From Tricharina praecox (taxonomy: Eukaryota): a stretch of 64,000 nucleotides of DNA. The translations under genes and the position numbers were made by a program. Location of the stretch: contig NW_026250408.1 in NCBI RefSeq assembly GCF_024521635.1, forward strand, positions 806,001 through 870,000, given 5' to 3'. The notes below the pieces were generated by a model. The model was not told where the DNA came from. It saw only the letters and a list, made by a program, of their open reading frames with translations, and made no database searches. Shown piece after piece: positions 25,952 to 37,553 of this stretch; position 1 is the first letter of the stretch, and each line of letters begins with the position of its first letter.

Positions 25952-26431
25952 ATGACCGGCCGCGGCGGAGGCGGCGGAGGCCGCAGGGTCCTCTTGCCCC
26001 CGATCAATTTCATCTTCAAGCTGCTGCAGACGCACGCCACGGTGCAGATCTGGCTGTATGAGCAGTTGGCGATTCGGATTGAGGGGAAGATCCGGGTACT
26101 TCCTTTCCTACTCTTCAATGGGGGGATGGGGGGGTGTGGATAAGGATGAGAGGGGGATAAGGGCTGACTGATGGGGGTGGTGAAATGGGATAGGGATTCG
26201 ATGAGTTCATGAACCTTGTCGTCGACGATGCGGTCGAGGTCAAGATGGCGACTAAGGATGCCGCGGAGAGTAGGCGCGAGCTTGGTGCGTTTCCTTTCTT
26301 CTTCCCTCCTGCGTCGGGATTGGTGGGTGGGTATGGGAGAGACAGAGGGCTAATCATCCCATGCGCGGCGAATAGGCCAGATACTGCTGAAAGGAGATAA
26401 TGTTGCGTTGGTGCAGAGCTTGTCGGAATAG
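25952..26431 (+). CDS. SME1: Small nuclear ribonucleoprotein SmE
   Basis: Exons 25952-26095, 26194-26284, 26376-26431: PPINFIFKLL..IWLYEQ..RIEGKIRGFDEFMNLVVDDAVEV..GQILLKGDNV. Confidence 0.95.
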
Positions 26432-27439
26432 ATGGATGGATGGACGCGAGCGAGCCGGGGACGGGAAGGGGCGGGGACGGGGTGCTAGCGGTTGCGTGGG
26501 TGGTTTCGTTCGAAAATGAAATTGGAATTGGAATTGGATGCGGTTTCGAGTAATCGATCGGTTGGCCGTTTGGTGTGTGCACTGGGATGTGCACTGTGGC
26601 GGGCGGGGGGAAGGGAGCGAGGGAGGGGCAGGTGAAGAAAAGTGATATCTGCATGCTTCATTACAGCCAGATGGGGATGGTGATGGGGATTGCCATCGAT
26701 CGTGATGGTCAACTATCGCCGCCGCCATGCTGCCGTGCCATTGTGATGGCGATGATCCACGTGGAATTGAAGATGATGTGGTTCTAACGGAGAAGCTCAC
26801 GCTGCCCCGGGAGACAGTCAACACCATGCACGCCGAATTGAAGAACACTCCGAGCACAGTTTATTTACAGTACCCATCTCTTCGGGGAAGATTAGGAGCA
26901 CCGTGCGAGCTCGGACTCTGGACCCTGGACTCGCACACGGACATCCATTCTGCAGATGAGGTGAGGTGAGGTAGGTAAGGTAAGAACGGTTCCACCGCCA
27001 GTGAACACACCAACAGTGGACAGTGGTTACTAGTACTATGTATACACGTGCGTGAGAGGGAATTGAATTGCGTCTCGACCGCTGACACCGACTGTTTCTC
27101 CACCCAAGGACCATGGCAATCCTCTAATTAAGCATGGCCGTGAAAACCGAAACTTATACCTATGCAGTACCTGCATAACGAACGCACGTTGATTGATTGA
27201 TTACCAAAACTCTATGTACCCCCAACTCTATCAACCACCACTAAACAACCCCTATGACGCCTCGTCTTGCTGCTGCCCTCCTCGCACAAAGGTCAAATAT
27301 AATTGTATGTACTGAGCACACAACACAACACACAATGGGCACATAAACTAAACACAATAAAAACCACGCTTAAAAGCAAAAGCATAAAGAACGAGCAGAA
27401 TGACTTTCCAAAACTCCCAAAAACAAACAAATGCATCTC

Positions 27440-27520
27440 CAACCACACACCGACACACCAACACACACCAACACACACACACACACCAACACACACACAC
27501 CAACACACACACACACCAAC
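27440..27520. repeat. CA-rich microsatellite
   Basis: Interrupted (CA)n runs just beyond the kinesin stop. Confidence 0.8.
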
Positions 27521-27537
27521 CTACGCGCTACACCACA

Positions 27538-29807
27538 TCACACCTCGATACCGCACCTCATCTTATCGACCATGCTCGAGCCGATGCCCTTGATGATACC
27601 CAGATCCTCCAAGTCCTTGATAGCGGGGAAGTCATCGTTGTTCTCCCGGAGTTCGCGGACGTGTGCGGCCAGAGCTTCTGCGCGTTTCTTGCCCACACCC
27701 TACCCCACAGCGAAAAAAAAGCAATGTGTCAGTCTGTCCACCAGATGTATGTTACAAGATAGCTACACACCTTCAGCTGCATGATCTGGTCCACGTCCTC
27801 CGAGTTGATGATGTGCAGCAGCTGCCGCGTGCGCGGCGACTGCTCAAGGTTGTAGCTGCCCGTGCTCATGGAGCGCGCGCGCTTCGCCGGCCGCAATGGC
27901 TCGTCGTCGTCCATAAAAACGGAGAACGCCTTCTTCGGCTTCGGTTTGGGCTTCGCCTCCGGCTCGTCGTCATCACCCAATTCGGGCGAAGACCGGTGCG
28001 CCGCCATCTTCCGCCGCTCCTCGAGATCTGAGATCTTGCGCAGCAGCTTCTCGTTGTCCGGGAAGTAGTTGAGTGCTAGGCGGTACATACTAAGCGCCGC
28101 GAAGTCCTCGCCTCGCTGGACGTGCTGCTTTGCGAGGAGGATGTATGTGAGACCCTCGGCCCGCGCGTCCGCCTTCTTCTCGAGCTTCTTCTCCAGCAGT
28201 TCGAGACGCTTGTTGACTTCCTCGCTGTTGTCTTTCGCGGATTGAGTTCTGTCTGGTCGGGCTTCGTTGAGGGCCCGTGCCGCCAGGATCTCTTCGACTT
28301 TCTTCTCGACGATGTCTTCGATGTTCATCTCCTTGACGCGGCGGATCTTGATTGGGTCTGAGATGCGAGAAGATTTCTTGATGCCATTACTTTGTGTCCC
28401 CAGCGGCTTTGCAGTCAGAGCAACCCGTTGCACCGGCTTCGATGGCTTCTGTATCTCCTTCGTGAGCGGCTTCTTGTGCAGGTCCTTGACGGGTGCATCG
28501 CCGGATAATGGTCGATTGAGGGTGGTATTGCTCTTGGTCAGTCCGAAGGCACGTACTGGCGCGCCCGACACCGGGCCTAGTCTTGTATTCGGGATCGGCG
28601 GCGGATGGTGGATTTGTGGTGGATCGTTCTTGACTTCGATTGTCTTTGCGCGGTTGGCGAAGTTGAGGGCGCTCAGGGTGTCTTGGTGGAACTTCTTGGT
28701 CGGCGCGAGACTGGAGACTGGTCAATGGATGCCTTCCCTCACACACACCGCCGGGGAAATCACTTCAAGATCATTACTGTCATTCCGTTGTTCTGGCCCA
28801 AGCTTAGGATGCGGGTCATCTTCGACTCTCGGTATGGGATCCGGTTCTATCAAATTGTCAACCGAGCTGCAGTGTGATCGTGGAGAGATGCAGCCACCCA
28901 CCATCTTCTTCGACATTGCCTCGACGCATTGTGACAACACAAACAGCGACTTATTGATGCTTGCCGACTCTGCACACTCCGTATTAGCCCATGATCCTCC
29001 GCAGGCCTTGGTTCAAAACATACCAACCATCCTCTCCTTATCGTTCGCCGTGCGCCTGTTGTCCTCGGACCCGGCCAAATCGATACAACTGACCGTGCCA
29101 ATCTTCCTCTCGCCGGTGGTGCTATCCACAATCTCGACACGCACACAGATAATCGCATGACTCCTGCTCGAGTGCGCATTCAATTTGGTGGCCGATGTGC
29201 TGCGATTAGTATTCGCCTTATCATACAGGGTCTCGAACTCCTTCAGCGTGCTGATCTCCTTCTCCGTCAACCCGACCACATGAGTCTTGCCGTTCTGCTC
29301 TCTGAGTGGGAGGCCAGCGAGCGTGCGCTTCTCCGGCGCCTCGAAGAGATCAAAGACCCTATCGTTGTAGATTTCGTAGTAGCTCATGATGACAGCCATG
29401 TTCGTCGCTCCCGCGCTCTTCTTCTCGAGGTCCTTCCCCCTTCTATAGATCGCCGTAAGCAGGCGTGGAATGATGCCTCTCTCAGCCACGGGCTTATTCC
29501 CCTTCATGGTGTGCGTTTTCCCGCTCCCAGTAACACCGTAGGCGAAGATGGTCACGTCGTTGCCGCGGAACAGGTGCTTCAGCGTCGGCGACACCTCGGC
29601 AAACACGCTGGACTGGTCCGACTCCATCCCGTACACTGCGTGGAACGGAAACGCAAACGTCTCCTTCTCGTTCTTCGGGTTCGGCATCGACACCGTCGAC
29701 CCGGAATGAGTCACCACGATGTCTTTGGAGATCTCGGACCCCAGCACGGGTCGGATCCGCGCGACTATCCGCACTTGTGTGGCCGTTGTGGGGTGCGAGG
29801 TCGTCAT
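27538..29807 (-). CDS. Kinesin-10 (Kid/KIF22-like) motor with C-terminal helix-hairpin-helix
   Basis: P-loop GVTGSGKTHTM, switch I SSRSH, switch II DLAGSE, RIPYRESKMTR; HhH-like LKGVGKKRA and IKGIGSSMV; four introns. Confidence 0.88.
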
Positions 29808-30816
29808 TGTTGTTGTTTGTTCGCGTGGGTGTTGCTGCTGCTGTTGCTATTGTGGTCGTCGCGGAGAGGAGAGTGCTGTACACGCGGCGTGCAAGCTGTA
29901 GGGCTGAGGAGGAAGGGGGACGCGGTGGAGTCCGTCTCTCACAAATGTGTTCACCAATGCAATGTGTTCTGGTCCAGGGGCGTTGGAATGTTGGATTGAT
30001 CCGGCTGGGGGGTTCGAGTGGTCGTCTACCTAGACCTAGCAGAGGACAAAGAGGAATCCGTGAGCGCGCAGCTCGACTAATTACGGAGTCGCGCTAGTTA
30101 GAGGTGGCGTTGCCGGGACAACGTAGCACCACAGAGTCGGATCGGATCGTGTTCGACTTTCGACCTGCAATTGCTTCACTTGTGGAAGAAAGTATTCGGA
30201 TACTCGCCCGAAATACACCAACGCTGGTTGTGAGCTGGTTAAGAAAACCACCCTGTGGACATTGCATTGGATTCGAGACAATCGTGATAAGTCTGGAAGT
30301 ATGCAGGTGGGTACTCTAATCTGCATGATTTGAGTTATTCCTCAATGTACTACCTACGAAACGACAGATCCTCGCAGACGGTGGGGTCGTTGAAAACGGC
30401 TGCTTATATGTATAGCAGATACTTTGGTGGGAGATGGCGGTGTCAACCGGCTATGATAACCTGAGAGCTCAACAGAGGTGTCTGATTCTTCATCTCATCA
30501 CACAGCCACTCAATCCTGCAACCAATTGCAAACCGCAAGCAAGCAAGCTGGTAGTTGTGCCAACTTTTCCGATCTATGTATGTAGACCCAAAGCACACCT
30601 TCCGTTCACATCACTCCAATGCCTACGAAGTTCGAAGAGAGAGAAACCCCATACAAATTCCGTCGAGGTAGTACCGTAGCCAGAGAAAACCCACATAAAA
30701 AAATCCACAAGTAAAAAAACGATGATGATGAAGAAGACGAAAGCAGTAAAGAAAACCCCCGGAGAAAAAAGTAAAAAGAAGCAATCCCATTTTGACGGAA
30801 GAAAGAGAGAAAAAGA

Positions 30817-32313
30817 TTACGCCTTCGAAACCGCCGCGGTGATGACCTGTGTTCTAAAGAACCCTCCCTTTGTCCGCTCGATCACCTGCTGGTACACCGA
30901 CTGCGGTGGGTGGTTCATCACCACGGTGCCCTCCTTGTAGTCGATCTTGGCGTCTACCCGCGTGTCCCTGATAAGGTTGACGATCCACTTCTCTCCCTCG
31001 TCCTGGCTCAGGTTCAGTCGCTGCGCCAGGTCTTTGATGTCGATGCGCTGGTGGATCTTGCAGTAGCTCTCCGAGATCAGGTGTCGTGCCGAGTCGACGA
31101 ACGCCTCGGCAGTGGCCACCAGGAAGAAGTCGTTCTTGAGCACCTCCTCGGCCTCGCCCAGTTTGCGCTGCGCCTCCTCGAAGTCGAAGTCGATGCAGAG
31201 CGCGGCGACGAACTCCGTGATCGGGTCCTGGTACTCGTACAGCTCTTGCTTGACAACACGGACCAGGTCCTTGAGCTGCTTCTGGTACTGGCCGGTGTTC
31301 CGATTGCGGTTGCGATTAGTAATGACAGCCGCAGCGAGGTACCGCAGGATCCACGGGCACGAGGTCTGGATGGTGTTGATGAAGGCGGGCGAGAAGAAGA
31401 GCTCGATCAGTTGGTCGCGAGCGGGGTCATGGTTGAAGAAGGGGAAAAGGGCCCAGTGAATCAACCAGGTTCTGTGCTGGAGCTGCGCAAGAGGGTTGTT
31501 GTAGAGCTGTGCCGTTTCGTCAGTTCGTTGGTCCATGCAATTCGATGATCGGAGGATATATACCTTCTGCTCGATGAGGTCCTTAACCTTGGTCACCTCC
31601 TCCATGGCAGCATCCCAATCCGTCCTCAGGATCTCACAGGCAAGCTTACCCCAGGTGGCCTGGGAAGTCTTATCACCATCGGTGGACTGAGAGCAATATC
31701 AGCATTCGAGAACATAAAAATGATAGACATCCACAGAAAACCCACCAAGATTCGGAACTGGTAGAGCAAATCAGAAGCGGCAGCATAGTTACCGATGCTG
31801 AACTGCTGCTGACCGAACTCGTAGAGCACATTGACCATATCAACGTTGACCTTCACCTCATTAGCCCAACCCTCGCAACCCCACCAATCATCGATTGGAT
31901 AACCATACCCCGTGGTTCTCCTCCAGATACTTCATATTCTGAGCCTTATCGGAGCGCAGATTGCTGACGACATCTGCATCATCGAAGAGATCGAGGACCT
32001 TCCTGCTCTTCTCCTCCAAGCTCTTGAGGGTGTTCATGACGACCTCCCGCTTCTCGGTGAACTGCTCCGGGACGTCCTCGACGTTGTGGATCTCGCGGTA
32101 CAGCGAGCCGACAAAGTCCGTCATGTTGGTGGTCTTGAGCAGGTCGTACTTGGCCTGCACCATCTCCTCGTGCGTGAACGACTCATTGTTGTCGAGGAAT
32201 TCCAGCAGCGGGAAGATCAGGTGGCGGTCGAGATTCGGTATCAATTTCGGCGTCAGGTCGTAGTTCTTGACGACCTCGGTCACCTCCGCGGCGGCGGTGG
32301 TGGAGTCGGCCAT
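30817..32313 (-). CDS. int6: Translation initiation factor eIF3 subunit E (Int6)
   Basis: [40 protein letters not shown] domain [25 protein letters not shown]; three introns. Confidence 0.95.
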
Positions 32314-32770
32314 GTTGATGGGGTTTGTGATGGGGACAAAACGATCGTTCCGTTCCGTCGTCGTTGCGCGGGGGTGGGAAAAAAGCGCACTGGTTAGCCC
32401 TTTTTTTACTTTTGGCGGGGGTCGTTAGGATTTCGGTTTTGATGACTGTCTTTCAGCCACCAGTGGGGTTTTTGCTGCGTTTGTGTGTGGGAACGGAAGT
32501 TGCGCGCTATACCAGATACGGTCGTAGCGGAGCTCTCTATTGCCAAGATTTCTGGGCGCCGGGTTTGGCTGGGTGGATTGAGCGGGTGGGTGGGTGAGTG
32601 GGTGGTGGGGTGGGAGGGAGTGTGCATCACGAACTTCAACCTCTCGCGTCACCCACCACCACCACCACCACCACCACCAACCAGCGACTCAGCCATTGAA
32701 CCACGGTCCCCGCTCCCACGAACCAGCAACTCAATTCAATTGCGAGCTCCGTCGCCGCCAACCACACACG

Positions 32771-33185
32771 ATGTTCGCCGTACGAACCCCCACGCTCCGC
32801 CGACTACCCGTGCAGCTGTGCCGCTTCAACAGCACCACCGCAGCACCAGCAGCAGTAGAAGCCCTGGGTACCTCCCCCGTCCCCCTCCCCAGCCACAGTC
32901 CCTAACCTGCCTGTAGAAACCCCCCCCACGCCCCTCCCCTTCTTTGTGCACCGCAGCAAAACGAACAACCTCCCGGTGTACGAGGAGGCGCGATCCGGGG
33001 GGACGCTGAAGACGACGCGGATCCGCAAGACGGAGGGGGATCTGAACGACCTGCGGCTGCGGTTGATCGAGCATCTCGAGTTGAAGCCCGAGGGCGTATA
33101 CATCAATAACCTCACAAAGCATGTCATCGTCAAGGGTCATCTCAAGCAGAAGGTGGAGGCGTTTTTGAAGGGGTTGAAGTTTTGA
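32771..33185 (+). CDS. IMG2: Mitochondrial ribosomal protein mL49 (Img2)
   Basis: Presequence-like MFAVRTPTLRRL..RFNST, intron 32868-32916, FFVHRSKTNNLPVY..TRIRKTEGD..VIVKGH..F. Confidence 0.9.
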
Positions 33186-33485
33186 TTTCTCCGCCAGCGA
33201 TAGAGGGGGGGAGGAGGACGGGGAGGGGGACGGGGAAGGGGGGGAGCAGGAGGAGCGGGATGGATAGCCGGACGGATGGACGAATGGATGTATTCTATAC
33301 TGTATAATACCACAAACACATACACGTATGTACGCCCCACGCCGCACAACTCGAGCGCGCAATTGATCGAGGCACGAGCACGAAACAAGTCTTTGCTTTG
33401 CTGTGCTCTGCGCTGCTTTGCTCCGTTCAAACTTGGTCTTTCAATAATTTCCGACTCGTTTATTTGTACAGAAAAAAAAAGCACA

Positions 33486-33487
<2 letters not shown>

Positions 33488-33520
<33 letters not shown>
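33488..33520. repeat. (CA)n microsatellite
   Basis: Perfect dinucleotide run. Confidence 0.9.
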
Positions 33521-33522
<2 letters not shown>

Positions 33523-34028
33523 GGGGAGAAACAAGCTTCAGACTGTCAACAACACACCTCATTCCTGTGGTAGTAGTCAACGAGGGGCCTAAATCATCCT
33601 CGAGATGAGAGTACAAACTTAGGAATAGGTAGGTAAGTGGAAAGCCCACGAAAGGAGGAATCAAATCAGCCCGACACTTACATCGTGAAACTCGAAAAAA
33701 GGCGGAAAAAACGGAAGAACGGAGTACAGAGATACATGCAGAGATGGAAAAAAAAGCGGCAGGCCGAAAAGAAAAAAAAAGAATTGAAGAAGAAGAAGCC
33801 AAACACACACTCAACAAGAAGTAAAAGAAGTGGAGGAAAAGTAAAATGAAATCGAATTTAAAGCGCACGCGGAAAATAACAAAAAAACTCATGATCACCT
33901 TTTGTACAGATGGAAAGGAAGACACGAAAGAGAAAAGAAAACCCAATTCAACCAAATGCCATGCGCCAATCCTACTTGCTCTTTAACCCATCCAAGAACA
34001 GTAACTCGTATTCGCTCTTTCAATCCAA

Positions 34029-36636
34029 TCAATCGTCCAGTCCTGCGTAACTACACAACTCCTTCACGATCACCCCATCAATTGACACCGTCAACAAGGC
34101 TCCCAATAGACTTTCCTTCTTCGGCAGTACACCGACCGGCAGTTCCAAGTCTTCGCCCGTCGTCTCCTGCGCCTTCTTTAGGAGTGTTCGTAGTACATTC
34201 ATGCCACGATGTGTGATCCTCATGAACGGCATCATGTCATCCCGGTCCATTCCTCGTGGAGGCCGCCCTTGGACCATAGGACTGGCTTGCGGGCTGAGCA
34301 GGCAGACAAGCCGCAATAGACTCAGTGCGAAGCCATCCTCCGATGCAAGCCATTGCCTGGCGAGACAGTGGTCGCCGACAGGACACATCTGCGCCAGAAT
34401 CTCGGCAGCGAGAAGGCCCTGTTCGAGTATCGGTCTGCGTGCCTCAACTGCCTGCTGTAGCATGGGTCGGTTGTTGTCGGGGATCGGAGAGATTGCCAGT
34501 GCAAACGAACGCGTTAAAAGATCGTAAGGTAGATTGGTGTTGGATTCGGACAGGAAGATGGTGCGGAAGAATACACGGTTCGGGTCATCCCGTGCCAGTA
34601 GCTTGGCCAGAGTGTCGACGGCCGGAGGAAGGTAACGATGAATGGAAGGAGAATAGGGCGTAAACATTATAGATTCCCGGCCGGAGATGTGCGGGAGTGG
34701 TTGCGGAGCGAAAGCCAAAATCAAATGTAAAAGGTTCAGTGCCTCTTCCTCGGTTGGGATCACGATCGCATGTGCAAGGTTCGAGAGGTAGATGACGGTA
34801 TCCTTCATGAAGTCCAACAGACCGATGTAGGATCGCAGAAACAGGGGACAGGCTCCGAGTCGTTCGATGACACCGGAGACGAAGCGCACCACATTGGGAC
34901 CGGCGAGGGCGTTGTGGTTCGACTCGAAGAACGAGAGATTTCGCAGGATCGTTGTGATGCAGATGAGCTTGTCGGTGGCCCGCTCGAGGTCGTTTTCTAG
35001 CGAGCCGAACCGCGATACATCGAGCATCGAGCCTCCCTCGGTCCGACAAGCTCTCAGCACATCCTCGTAAGCCATCAATGACATGTGTTCGGCTCCCTCG
35101 GGTGCATGATCGCCCAAGAACTCGACCTGAGTCTCGGCAACATCCACCAATGCTTCCAGAAGGTCTTCGCAGCTTTCCAACGCGATGGACTGTCGCGCCT
35201 CGACCGAGACCGTAGCCAAAGTATCCAGCGCGACCTTGATTTCCGCAGTGATACCGGACTTCAACATCATCGTCAAGGCATGTATATCGATCAATCCCAA
35301 TTCGTGATATGTCGGCGCCATTGGTCTGTGATGGGAGACCTCGAACCCGAGCCCTTGCATGACCCGTACATCGAGTCCTCCGTGCGTGTCCAGTACTCTC
35401 ACTTTCGGCTTGAACAACGGTTGGGTTTCTCGCGGCGATGCCGGAGCACCCATGGAAAAGTCGGGTTGCGACTTACCCATGGGGAAGCCAGGAGTCATGT
35501 GAACCGGAGGAGGTGTCGCCTCGATTGAGGCTCGGCTTGGTGTGCTAGGGGGTTGTTGAAGCGGCATCGGTTGTCGCACAGGTGGCTGCTGGGGCCCATA
35601 CCCGTTCTGCATCGGAGGTCGGTTCTGCATGGACGGACCTTGGGGTCTTTGGGGACCCGGTTGCTGCTGCTGGTGATGTTGTTGCTGCGGCTGTTGCTGC
35701 GGCTGTTGCTGCGGCTGTTGCCTCGGTGGTTGCTGGTGCTGCTGTTGGTGTTGCTGGTGCTGCTGTTGGTGCTGCTGCTGGTGTTGCTGCTGCTGCTGTA
35801 CCTGCTGCTGCTGTGCATGTTGCTGCTGCTGTGCATGTTGCTGCTGCTGTGCATGTTGCTGCTGCTGTGCATGTTGCTGCTGCTGTACCTGTTGCTGCTG
35901 CTGCTGCTGCATCCCAAGCCCGTTAGAACCTGCTCTCGGCTGTCCTTGTAAGGGAGACTGGTTCTGAACCTGTACATGCCGCATCCTCTGACTCCGCATC
36001 CAAGCTTCCTCGTACGGCGCGAGGTACTCGCTGAAGACTTCCGCCACTTCACTGACGCTCATCGGAAACTGGTCGATTGAGATACCCATACTCATGGCGA
36101 TCTGCGGCCACTTTCCCTCCATCTGCACTCGTTGCGATCCGCCAAGTTTGAGCACAGTGGCGTAGAGGTTCGCGATATTGAGCGGCTTGTCTCCGATGAT
36201 CGGGGTCCGTTGTATCGGAGTCCCGCGCTTCATCATGAACTCGTGTAAGCTGCGCATGAACTGTGGCTGGTCCGTTGTTGTCCGTTGGACGGGAGTCGCC
36301 GAATTCTGCGGCTGTGGTCGCTGCATCGGCTGACCCGGTCCCATCGCGTTCGGATTACCCTGCGGCGACATTTGCATCGGATTCATCGGTCCCCCCTGTG
36401 CGGCCATTGCCTGCGCCTGTTGCTGCATGTATCGCTGCTGCTGCGCCTGTTGATGCGCGTGTTGCTGCTGCGCTGCGGCGTGCTGTTGCGCCGCGTGTTG
36501 TTGCGCCGCGTGTTGTTGCTGCGCATGTTGCTGTTGTTGGCGCTGTAGGAGTTGCTGCTGTTGTTGTGCAGCCTGTTGCTGCTGCGCATGTTGCTGTTGC
36601 GCATGTTGTTGCTGCTGCTGTTGTTGCTGCTGCTGT

Positions 36637-36677
<41 letters not shown>

Positions 36678-37553
36678 TCTGGCCTGCAACTGCGCATACA
36701 TCATTTGCGCGTGCATTGGATTCTGCGACATTGCGGGTCCTGGCACCGGTACCGGCGATGCCGAAGCGGTCGGCGCGGGAGACTGGAACCCTTGTGTGTA
36801 CGCTTGCGAGTAGGACTGGCGCATATCGATGCCGTTCTGTGGAGTATCGACGCGTGGAGTGTGACTCGGTGGTGGTGATCCTTGCGACATGAATCCCTGT
36901 TGTGAAGCCGCGGGCGAGAAAGGGGATGGCGATTGAGTCGCGACGCGTTTTGGAGCAGAATTTACCTGCGGGTTGAAGGTTTGGTTGGACATGACAGGGG
37001 AGGGAGAAGCATTTGCCGATCCGACATTGTGTAGATGCGAATTGTTGTAGCCAACGGGGGTGAATTGGCGTTGAGGTTGCGGTTGATTATTCTGGTAGAT
37101 CTGGTACGCGAGTTGCTGACTCTGCGATAGGGGAGTATGCGACCGGGACGGCGGCAGGCCCTGGTGAGAGGGTCGAGGAGAAGTGCTGATGGCGTCGTCG
37201 CGTGGTCGCGGTCGTTTCAGGGGCACGACGGGATTCACGTTGTATGCTGAGGGCGGGAATCCAGGCGATGAGTGGCCGGAATGGACGGAATGGCCATTCT
37301 GGTGCAATTGTCTTTGCTGCTGCTGTTGTTGCTGCTGCTGTTGTTGGTGTTGTTGTTGCTGGAGTTGCTGTTGCTGGTGGAAATGGGCGGCGGAGTGGTC
37401 CAGCGCGACGACGGACTGCGGCAGCACGCTCGCCGAAGGATCGAACGAGTGCATTCCCGGCGAAGAGTGGTCTGGGCTGAAGGCAGATATTATCGATGGA
37501 TTCTGATGGACGATGGCCGATGAATCTGGAAGCCAACCGCTAGGCACAGACAT
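34029..37553 (-). CDS. SWI1: SWI/SNF ARID-domain subunit (Swi1/Sol1-like)
   Basis: 1174-aa ORF; ARID (FMRSLHEFM..LYATVLKLGGSQRV..W..YLAPYE), BAF250-like C-terminus (DIHALTMMLKSG, TILRNLSF); long polyQ tracts. Confidence 0.88.

Noticed and set aside
28267..29999. Long + strand ORFs (297 and 280 aa)
   Set aside because: Antisense shadows of the GC3-rich kinesin gene with no motifs; the same applies to 58081-59082 and 22816-23571
33137..33955. 272-aa hydrophobic ORF
   Set aside because: Low-complexity T-rich presumed 3'UTR of SWI1 containing a (TG)n tract; no family motifs
35495..36892. Poly-L/A/S ORFs overlapping SWI1
   Set aside because: Alternative-frame and antisense shadows of CAG/CAA polyQ codons
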